Shown: in pieces, positions 56,854-64,000 of the stretch
How positions within the stretch are numbered: the first letter of the stretch is position 1
Layout of the letters: every line of letters starts with the position of its first letter
DNA from: a virus
Virus record (IMG/VR): IMGVR_UViG_3300007274_000026
Span: 1 to 64,000 of that record
Length of the DNA stretch: 64,000 bases
Reading direction: 5' to 3' (one strand)
Program-made: the position numbers and the translations under genes
Notes under the pieces: model-generated
What the model was told of the DNA's origin: nothing
The model's database searches: none
Seen by the model: only the letters and a program-made list of their open reading frames with translations

Positions 56854-58478
56854 TCTTCGTCCTCCATCACCGTGTCAACGGTCAGCTGGAACGGAGACCG
56901 CAGCATCTGGCTTTGAACCACAGCATTGCTGCCGAACAGATCCACCAAGGCCTGACCCGGCCCGAAGTAAGCAGTGCTAGCTAGTTGCTCCGGGGTGGCC
57001 TTCTCAAGAGCGCTGCGGGCCTGGCCTGCGTTGTTATGGCGAAGGATCAACCTGCTGTTCAGGTTGTTCAGGATTTCGCTCGGCACCTGTTCGGCCGATT
57101 GCACCGCAATGGTGAATGCAATGTTCAGACTCCGGCCTTTGCGGATCTGTTGGCTCATGCTGCCGCCGGCAGCCTCAGCGAAGCGCTTCGATCCGCCGAA
57201 GATGTCCTGCGCTTCATCAATGAAGTGATGCACGGGGAACTTGATCTCGCGATTGGCCCGCGCCCGGTAGACCCGCTTCAGCATGAAGTCGAGGAACAGG
57301 CCATATTCGCGGCCGGCCTCTGAACCGTTGATCTTGATGCAAAGCACCTTGCCTTTCTGGATCTTGTCCACGGGGTCAAACCACACCGGCTTGCGATAGC
57401 CGCTCTTGCGGCCCATCACACCACCAGTGGAGGGTTGATCCGACCGACTCCCGATGTTGATCCCATCAAGCCATGACGGCCGCCGATTACGTCGTGTCAC
57501 CTTGCGCAACAGCGCCTGAAGCGTCCGCTGGTTTGGCGCATGACCAACCATCTGTTGGACATCTGCCGTTGATGCTGCGCCGCCCTGGTCATTGGTAAAC
57601 CACCAATACCAATCATTCAATGTCCAAACGGCGTCTGGATCATCGTCACGCATTTGTTCGCGGAAGATCTCCAGTCCGTGTTCCATCTCCTCTCGCTGCT
57701 GCATCTCGCCGTCATTCCAAAAAATGGTGGCGGCCAGCATTGCGGGTGAAAAGCAACTGGCAGGAATGGTGATGGTGTGCCCGTTAGAGCCAGGCTGGCG
57801 ACCCAGATACCAATACTCAACATCCATTGGCTGTTGATTCGGATCGTCATCAGACAGATCTGAATTCAGCTTTTCCATGTCTTGATAATCCGGCTTGTGG
57901 TCGTAAACCACGCAACCGAACCCCATGTTCACGGATGCCTTGATGATGTTGGCTCCGGCGTTTGACTTGCCGCTGCCGGTAGCCCCCGCCAAAAGGGAGT
58001 GATACACCAACCGCTTGCGGTCGTAATAAATTCCGATTTCAGTGCCAGGGATGGTGCCAACAATGGTCTCCGGGTTGGCATCAGGGAGGTTCATGTATTT
58101 GATGACCTCCTCTTCAGTCGCTGCCACCGCAATGGAATTGATCTGGGGACGGCGGGTCACGACCTCAGGCGTGCCGGTGGAAACGTCCCGCAGCAACCTC
58201 ACGTCATAGAGGAAGCATTCAGACACCACCGCCTCGCGGCCATATTGGCCCTGCACAACAGCCTCAAGAGCTGTGATTGTGGTGTTGTCAAATTGCCCCA
58301 GTCCAGAGCGGTTGATGTTGCGCTGAGGGCCGGTGATCATGCCGAAATAGATTCGGCCGCTGTGCCTGTCCGTCACGATGACGAACTGGTTCATGCTGTA
58401 GTTAGCAGCATCAGTTGCGATGCACTGCACGCTGCCGAGATCGGAGCGTGAATCGTCGGGAAGTTGGAAAAGAGTCAT
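56850..58478 (-). CDS. herA: HerA/FtsK-family ATPase
   Basis: HAS-barrel-like N-terminus, H.L.AGATGSGKSN, D.K.DY, FIDEAQ, RKGRS, QS. Confidence 0.88.
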   Translation of the reverse strand: MTLFQLPDDSRSDLGSVQCIATDAANYSMNQFVIVTDRHSGRIYFGMITGPQRNINRSGLGQFDNTTITALEAVVQGQYGREAVVSECFLYDVRLLRDVSTGTPEVVTRRPQINSIAVAATEEEVIKYMNLPDANPETIVGTIPGTEIGIYYDRKRLVYHSLLAGATGSGKSNAGANIIKASVNMGFGCVVYDHKPDYQDMEKLNSDLSDDDPNQQPMDVEYWYLGRQPGSNGHTITIPASCFSPAMLAATIFWNDGEMQQREEMEHGLEIFREQMRDDDPDAVWTLNDWYWWFTNDQGGAASTADVQQMVGHAPNQRTLQALLRKVTRRNRRPSWLDGINIGSRSDQPSTGGVMGRKSGYRKPVWFDPVDKIQKGKVLCIKINGSEAGREYGLFLDFMLKRVYRARANREIKFPVHHFIDEAQDIFGGSKRFAEAAGGSMSQQIRKGRSLNIAFTIAVQSAEQVPSEILNNLNSRLILRHNNAGQARSALEKATPEQLASTAYFGPGQALVDLFGSNAVVQSQMLRSPFQLTVDTVMEDEE

Positions 58479-59563
58479 CGGGAAATACGTTCATCAGAAA
58501 GCTGGGTGGCCATGTCTGAGTCCCTGGCCTGGAGCTGCGCCAACAGCAATTTCTTGATCTGCGCAGAGTTATTGCTGCTGCGGCAGTGCTGATCGACCAC
58601 CTGGAGCAGGCGAGGGATTTCATGGTTGATCTGCGGTGATGCGTCATTGCGCAACAGAGCAATGGCGTAAGGCAGATCAGAAAGGGCGCACTCGAAGGCA
58701 AAAGCTTTGCCGTTGGGTCGATACACCCCACGGACAAAGTTGCTGGCGTTGCGTTCAAGCCAGCCGGCCATGATTTGAGCGCCACCGCCACCTCCTCGAT
58801 TGAGGCGTTCGGTGAACGCATCGCGGATGGTGCTGAGCACATAGACCTCGCCTGGACGCAGCGCCAGGGCAGCCCACCGGCAGATTGACCATGAAGAATC
58901 AAGGCCTTTGATCACGCCGATGTATCGGCGGCTGTCGCGAAGCATTGGTTCCATCAGGTGATCGCGTGCCACCTGTTGGGTCATCAGGTTTTGAGTGAAG
59001 AATGGCCCATCAATCAGGCATGTCTTCACCTCACTTGGCATATCGGCCGCTACTTCCCGCTCAAAGTATTCGCGGATAGTGGTTGACCAAGAACCATCGC
59101 GAGCGGCCTCATCCATCTGCTCAGCAATTGACCAGAGATCGTTGCTGTCTTCATCCGTCAGATCAGCACCAGCCAAGTCACTGGTGGTTGATGTCAGATG
59201 CATCTCCGGATCACCACGGCGTTGTGATGTCACAGAACAGATGCCGCTCACCATCAACTGGGTTGAGGCAAACGACATTGGCGAAAGCCGGTCAGTGCCA
59301 TCGACAGCACCGATGGCGCCATCTTTCAGTTCTTGCTGAATCTGCTCGTTGAATTCAGCGCCCAGGGTTTGGAAGTCGTGAAAACCTCCAATGTGTTCAG
59401 GGTCGGCGCTGCATTCCTCCATCAACTTGCGGAAACGTTCAATCAATGCCGTGCCTGATTTCTGATTGAGATCAAGCTCAGGGGCCAGATTGACCAGCTC
59501 CATTTCAGTGATGGAGCGCCTCGACTCCAACGCCGAGGCAAAAATTCCATCGATGTGTTCCAT
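58475..59563 (-). CDS. nurA: NurA-like nuclease
   Basis: AVDGT, EY.ER, LIDGP, IGVIK, P.LL..VD..C motifs; overlaps herA. Confidence 0.75.
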   Translation of the reverse strand: MEHIDGIFASALESRRSITEMELVNLAPELDLNQKSGTALIERFRKLMEECSADPEHIGGFHDFQTLGAEFNEQIQQELKDGAIGAVDGTDRLSPMSFASTQLMVSGICSVTSQRRGDPEMHLTSTTSDLAGADLTDEDSNDLWSIAEQMDEAARDGSWSTTIREYFEREVAADMPSEVKTCLIDGPFFTQNLMTQQVARDHLMEPMLRDSRRYIGVIKGLDSSWSICRWAALALRPGEVYVLSTIRDAFTERLNRGGGGGAQIMAGWLERNASNFVRGVYRPNGKAFAFECALSDLPYAIALLRNDASPQINHEIPRLLQVVDQHCRSSNNSAQIKKLLLAQLQARDSDMATQLSDERISR

Positions 59564-60024
59564 CAGCCGAAGCCTTTGGATTGACGGCGAACGGTCAGGT
59601 CAGCCTTGGTGACGTGGAACTCAATAAGGCGGACACCGCGGTAAACGCCATGGCAGGTGGCATCACCGTGATTAACCATGACTTGAATAGGTTTTTGCTC
59701 TTGGAGTGCTTGCTTGGGTGTCGTGATCACGCGGACCCATCCACCTGTGAGCAGGTCTTCCATGCCGGTCTCGTAGCGCTCCAACATGCGCTTGCTGTTG
59801 GTGTTGCGCTCGTAATAGATGGAGCAACCGGTTAGGTCTGCATGGCCTTCTGCGTAGGCCTGATCGACCATGACGCGACCGATGGCATCAGGATCGGCAG
59901 CGGCTTGCTGCATGGTGTCACCGCTCATGACCATTGAGGTCATGGGGTCACCGTTGCTTGAAGCAACGAAAATGTTTGACATGATTGGGCCAGGCGTTGC
60001 CTGGGGCGAGTAGGTCACTGGCAA
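59563..60024 (-). CDS. Hypothetical protein leading the NurA-HerA operon
   Basis: TGATG coupling to nurA; promoter CTAG..TGGTATGCT at about 60072-60095. Confidence 0.6.
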   Translation of the reverse strand: MPVTYSPQATPGPIMSNIFVASSNGDPMTSMVMSGDTMQQAAADPDAIGRVMVDQAYAEGHADLTGCSIYYERNTNSKRMLERYETGMEDLLTGGWVRVITTPKQALQEQKPIQVMVNHGDATCHGVYRGVRLIEFHVTKADLTVRRQSKGFG

Positions 60025-60137
60025 TGCCAGGGGCGGGAGAGGGGTCGCATCCCTCCCGTTCCGCTTGCTTAGAGCATACCACGCTTGACTAGAGCTGGCA
60101 ACGTTGTGCCAAAAAACGGGCTAGCTAACCTTGGGTC

Positions 60138-60206
60138 ATGACTCTCACTGGCCTCACACCAGAGCAGCTGATCATGGCCCACCTCACTGTTGAGGAGTTC
60201 AAATGA
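60138..60206 (+). pseudogene. 22-codon remnant of the endolysin N-terminus
   Basis: MTLTGLTPEQLIMAHLTVEEFK*, compared with endolysin MTLAGLNPSEIIMAHLTVDEFR. Confidence 0.7.
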
Positions 60207-60706
60207 AGATCATCCCCAGCACCAATGGCGCCTATGGGGTTGATGATCAGGGCAGCATCTGGCGCCTGACGCCATCCACCATTTCAAGGGAGCCACGGCT
60301 TCTAAAGCCGATACAGGGGAAAGACGGTTATTTGCGCGTGAGCCTTTGCATCAACAACAAGGTTCAATGCAAGACAGCTCACAGCCTGGTGGCTGAAGCT
60401 CACCACGGGCCACGGCCAGAAGGGCTGGACGTGTGCCACCTAAACCACAAGCGCGACGACAACAGACCCGAAAACCTGGCCTACGGAACGCGGGAAGAAA
60501 ACTGCCAGATGTCATCGGCAAATTACGGACACTGGCGAAAAGGGAAGAAGCCAGCGGGAGCAAAGCTTGCTGATCATCAGTTCCAAGAAATTATTAACCG
60601 TTATGCCATGGGCGCCTATCAGGCTGACATCGCCAAGGAATACGGCATTGCGCAGTGTCGCGTCTCGCAGATCATTAGAGGAGTCGGGCTGGCCACGGCT
60701 AGCTAA
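60203..60706 (+). CDS. NUMOD4-HNH homing endonuclease
   Basis: GYL.V.L, H.LVAEA.HG.RP, H.N..RDDNR.ENL.YGT..EN, C-terminal HTH. Confidence 0.9.
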   Translation: MKIIPSTNGAYGVDDQGSIWRLTPSTISREPRLLKPIQGKDGYLRVSLCINNKVQCKTAHSLVAEAHHGPRPEGLDVCHLNHKRDDNRPENLAYGTREENCQMSSANYGHWRKGKKPAGAKLADHQFQEIINRYAMGAYQADIAKEYGIAQCRVSQIIRGVGLATAS

Positions 60707-61497
60707 TGACTCTCGCTGGCCTTAACCCCTCTGAAATCATCATGGCTCATCTGACCGTTGACGAGTTCCGCGCATTTTTCAAGTGGTACAAAGGCGCGCC
60801 ATCTGACCCGCAGCAAGACGAAGCCATCGAGATGCTCTACCGGGTAATGCCGGTGTCCTTGCTGGAGCAGGACAAAACCGACAACTGGATTGCCAAGTAC
60901 CGAGAGACCCCACCACCGCCCCCAAAATCTGAAGGCCCGATTACTCCTGCATTAATGCATAAGTATTCAGGCCACTCCGCTAGCAGCTTTGATCAAGCGT
61001 TCTGTGATGACTTCAACGACCTGCTAGCTCAGACGGGCTTTGCCACAGATCTCACCGCCTTCCGAATGCTGATCGCGCAGATGGCGCATGAATCAGCTAA
61101 TTGGAAGTACATGAAAGAAATAGACCCTGGGTACTACCTGGAAGGCCGCACCGACCTTGGAAATACGCAGCCGGGTGATGGGCCCAAGTTTCGCGGCTGT
61201 GGTCCCATCCAGACAACTGGACGTAACCACCACCAGCGGGCAAGCGATTTAATCAACTCTGTCTACGGGATTGATGATCCAAAGATCATGAGTGTTGGGA
61301 CTGATTATTCAGCCGACATTTATGCGTTCCGCATGGCTCACGCTTGGTTGGTGGATAACGACTATTTCAACCTGTGCAAAGGCGGGGATGTCTACGCTTG
61401 CACCCGTCGCTTGAACGGTGGGACGAACGGCCTTGCTGATCGTCAGCAGTGGTACGACAAAGCCTGTCGCGTGATCACTCAAGCGGACTTGAGCTGA
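60706..61497 (+). CDS. Endolysin, GH19 chitinase-like
   Basis: AQ.AHES, EGR.DLGN..PGDG..F.G.G.IQ.TGR.., TRR.NGG.NGL.DR. Confidence 0.9.
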   Translation: MTLAGLNPSEIIMAHLTVDEFRAFFKWYKGAPSDPQQDEAIEMLYRVMPVSLLEQDKTDNWIAKYRETPPPPPKSEGPITPALMHKYSGHSASSFDQAFCDDFNDLLAQTGFATDLTAFRMLIAQMAHESANWKYMKEIDPGYYLEGRTDLGNTQPGDGPKFRGCGPIQTTGRNHHQRASDLINSVYGIDDPKIMSVGTDYSADIYAFRMAHAWLVDNDYFNLCKGGDVYACTRRLNGGTNGLADRQQWYDKACRVITQADLS

Positions 61498-61635
61498 TGT
61501 GCGGTCTCATCAAGATGATTGTCTACCGCCAGGGCGTTTCAGACACTCTCCACGTCACCAGAGAAGAGCTCCCCAAAGTCCGCAACCGCCTTGCCCGTGA
61601 GGGCTGGGTGATCGTCCACTCTGAAGTCCTGTGAC

Positions 61636-61932
61636 CTAGCCAGGCTTCTTAGGGGGCTTGGCCACCATCGGCCCCGGCTTTACATCTGGCGGCTTCTGCT
61701 GCTTCTTCTGCACCATCTGCACCGCCCCTGCCCCGGCAATCAATCCCAGCACTGCCGCCATGGTCTTCTCGCTGTAATTGTCAAACCGCGCTCCAATGTT
61801 TGGACAGATATTAATTGGATCATTGCTGCGGCTACAGGTAAACAACCCGAAGCCAAAGAACAACGCATTAACCGCTAGCACTGCACCCAGCAGGTAAAAC
61901 AGAAAACGCTCGCGGTTAAATGGTTTCATCAA
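61636..61932 (-). CDS. Small membrane protein (holin-like candidate)
   Basis: Two hydrophobic segments and a basic C-terminus; adjacent to the endolysin. Confidence 0.45.
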   Translation of the reverse strand: MMKPFNRERFLFYLLGAVLAVNALFFGFGLFTCSRSNDPINICPNIGARFDNYSEKTMAAVLGLIAGAGAVQMVQKKQQKPPDVKPGPMVAKPPKKPG

Positions 61933-63609
61933 TCAATCGTGTTTAATAATGAAGTGCACGGCAACAGTTTTGGGTCTAGTTACTTCATCCCAGCCACTAT
62001 CAATGGAAACTTGACCTTTACGTATGCCAGCAAAGTCTGAACTGCCAGCTTTGTTAGCAGTTTTATTTTCGCCGTTATTAAAGCTGCTGCTTGAGCGAGG
62101 AGAGCCACCGCTTGGTTTTGCTGTTTGTTGCGGAAGCTTGATGCCTACATCACCATTAAGGTGGTCGCCAATCTGTCCTGGATAATGTCCTCGCCAATCT
62201 GGTAGATTGCCTGATACATATCCATCTGATTGTTGCAGGTAAGCGTGAAGTAATGGATAAGCATTGATATCAAAACTACCGCCCTTTAGCTTAAGCCAAC
62301 CAGAAGGTGCAATAGAATTAATCCACATCATGATTGAGCCAACCGGGACACCTCCAGTGGGTGCCGGAATAGCTGCAACGGCCTCGTCTACATACTGTTC
62401 AGTTGCCAAACCATCCACGCTGGCAGCAACTTTGCTGTCAACGTAACCCTTATTTGCGCCCCACTCATCAGCACCATCAGTGCAGTCCTGAACGTGAAAC
62501 AGCTTCATGTTCTTGTTTTCGATCTCGATATAGTTCCTATTCACCCCATCCGAGTCAGGCTGCTGGATCTTCCACTTGGCCGAATTAAGGCTCTGAGTGC
62601 CTGATGTTTTTACAACTTTCTCGTCGATGTATTGCTTGGTAATTATGTCGTTGGCATCGCTTGCCATGAACGCATGGCTGGTGTCATGACCCGCTTTTAC
62701 CTTGCCGTTGCCAGTGACTCGAAAAGCAACCTGTTTGCCGTCCTCTAGGTGTGGCGCCTCAACAGAAAAGATGTACCCACTAGTTGTTGCATCTGGCCTT
62801 GTCATCTTGAGATGACCGGTCATCGTGTCACCAGTTTTCTTGACTCTCTTGTCGACTTCTACTTGAAGCAAGGCGTCTTGCCCGTCAACGTATTCCTTGC
62901 TGACGCCTTCTTCGTTCTGCGGGTAGATGTAAACCTCCTCGTTTTCGCCTTTGGCAAAGTTGTTGTCACCGCTGATGTAATCAACAATCAACGCCTGAGA
63001 ATCGCCGCCATCAACGATGCGATAGCGCGTTACTTGACCTACATCGCGGACTACCTCAACAAATTCAATGATGTCGCCCGTGTTGGCCGGTCGTGTCGGC
63101 TGACCGTTGATGTCAAACGGAGCAAAGCTAATGGCCTGCACATCCGCTGCATTAGGGCTGCTGACATAAAGCTCGCCATTGCGGATAGCCGCGCCAATGT
63201 GCGTCTCTGTGACCGCGTAACGGGCAACGCTGCCCTTGGTAACGCTTAGCTCTTCCAGGGAAAGTTCAATCTGCCGCTGCTTAATCTCACCAGCGGCCAC
63301 ACGACCCACCAAGTCATCCTGAATAATCAACGCATCGTTGATTTGAGCCTCAATGCCATCAAGGCTTACAGGCGGGGATGCTGGGACCCACTCAGTGCCT
63401 GTGTACAGATACAGCGTTAGCTCATCGGCCTTGGTGTCAAACCACAGGTCGCCTTCCTTGGGGTTCTCTGGCGGGTCTTCACCTAAATCAACAATGAAAT
63501 CCTCGGTGCTGCGGAATGCCTTGACGACCCACTTGGTGCCATCCCAGCGGTAGATGATCCCGTTGGGTGCGGTGAAGTCTGCTTTGTCTTCGGGGAAAAT
63601 GAAAGCCAT
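61933..63609 (-). CDS. Tail fibre protein with collar domain
   Basis: Y.WDG.KW, GDLWFDT, K.GDTMTG.L, and PVGSI..W....P.GWL...G..F....YP.L...LPD.RG collar motif. Confidence 0.85.
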   Translation of the reverse strand: MAFIFPEDKADFTAPNGIIYRWDGTKWVVKAFRSTEDFIVDLGEDPPENPKEGDLWFDTKADELTLYLYTGTEWVPASPPVSLDGIEAQINDALIIQDDLVGRVAAGEIKQRQIELSLEELSVTKGSVARYAVTETHIGAAIRNGELYVSSPNAADVQAISFAPFDINGQPTRPANTGDIIEFVEVVRDVGQVTRYRIVDGGDSQALIVDYISGDNNFAKGENEEVYIYPQNEEGVSKEYVDGQDALLQVEVDKRVKKTGDTMTGHLKMTRPDATTSGYIFSVEAPHLEDGKQVAFRVTGNGKVKAGHDTSHAFMASDANDIITKQYIDEKVVKTSGTQSLNSAKWKIQQPDSDGVNRNYIEIENKNMKLFHVQDCTDGADEWGANKGYVDSKVAASVDGLATEQYVDEAVAAIPAPTGGVPVGSIMMWINSIAPSGWLKLKGGSFDINAYPLLHAYLQQSDGYVSGNLPDWRGHYPGQIGDHLNGDVGIKLPQQTAKPSGGSPRSSSSFNNGENKTANKAGSSDFAGIRKGQVSIDSGWDEVTRPKTVAVHFIIKHD

Positions 63610-63611
63610 GG

Positions 63612-64000
63612 TTAGAAAAGCCCAGAAATAGTGAACCTATAAAAATCAGCATTGCCGATGTCTCCGTTATTCCATTTACGTGAATCGTCTAAAACAGTAG
63701 TAATTTCTATATAATCAGAATATAGTCTTACTCGTTCAATCTCAGCAGTACCTTTCCACTTCCAGTCTGGACCATTGGATCGATAATACCAACAACTAAT
63801 AGTCATAGCTGCTTGTTTTGTATCACTTTTGTAGTAATACATTGTCAACCCATTTGCACTTTGAAATGGTACTGGTCCATTGCTAGCAGTTAGAGATAAC
63901 TGAATAGTCCTAGCCTTTATAGTAGTTCCATATATAAATGCTTGCCCCTCGCTAGGTACACCTTGTGCGCCAGTTTGATTGGTATAACATTTATATTCAT
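63612..64000 (-). CDS. 3' end of an AT-rich gene (probably tail fibre), start outside the window
   Basis: The frame of the 63612-63848 ORF stays open to position 64000. Confidence 0.6.
   Translation of the reverse strand, partial: EYKCYTNQTGAQGVPSEGQAFIYGTTIKARTIQLSLTASNGPVPFQSANGLTMYYYKSDTKQAAMTISCWYYRSNGPDWKWKGTAEIERVRLYSDYIEITTVLDDSRKWNNGDIGNADFYRFTISGLF

Noticed and set aside
60138-60775. Group I intron in the endolysin gene
   Set aside because: There is no non-coding space for a ribozyme core; the genes overlap directly and the downstream copy is a complete gene.
61933-64000. Diversity-generating retroelement or invertible tail-fibre switch
   Set aside because: No reverse transcriptase, template/variable repeat pair or inverted crossover sites are visible in the window.

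Overview
This 64 kb window is most of a temperate siphovirus genome, probably infecting marine picocyanobacteria. The host is inferred from an RpoD-like sigma factor, a DUF4278-like peptide, cyanobacterial-type DnaA boxes and cyanophage-like structural genes. Both ends cut tail-fibre genes. The minus strand carries the tail module (1-18 kb), major capsid and scaffold (21-23 kb), a MuF-kinase fusion, portal and terminase (30.6-39.2 kb), and recombination/replication genes (ERF, DnaB, an initiator with iterons, NurA-HerA-methyltransferase; 47-60 kb). Plus-strand blocks of small early genes have their own sigma70-type promoters. Also present are a large serine integrase, RusA, dCTP deaminase, a GH19 endolysin and five HNH endonucleases. 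Most striking observations: (1) a stand-alone RAMP/Cas7-like gene followed by a 565-bp non-coding array of GGY-NN pentamers, punctuated into 10 units, and a conserved accessory gene (47.7-49.7 kb), a candidate RNA-guided system with a gapped code; (2) a promoter-driven three-hairpin small RNA (~45.0-45.1 kb) whose loop is the exact antisense of the AACCACCACA leader found upstream of more than 20 phage genes; (3) a MuF head protein fused to a protein kinase; (4) a NurA-HerA-MTase operon; (5) an HNH insertion that carries a recoded copy of the endolysin start; (6) an apparently block-swapped head-closure gene. All calls come from reading motifs by eye; no database searches were run.
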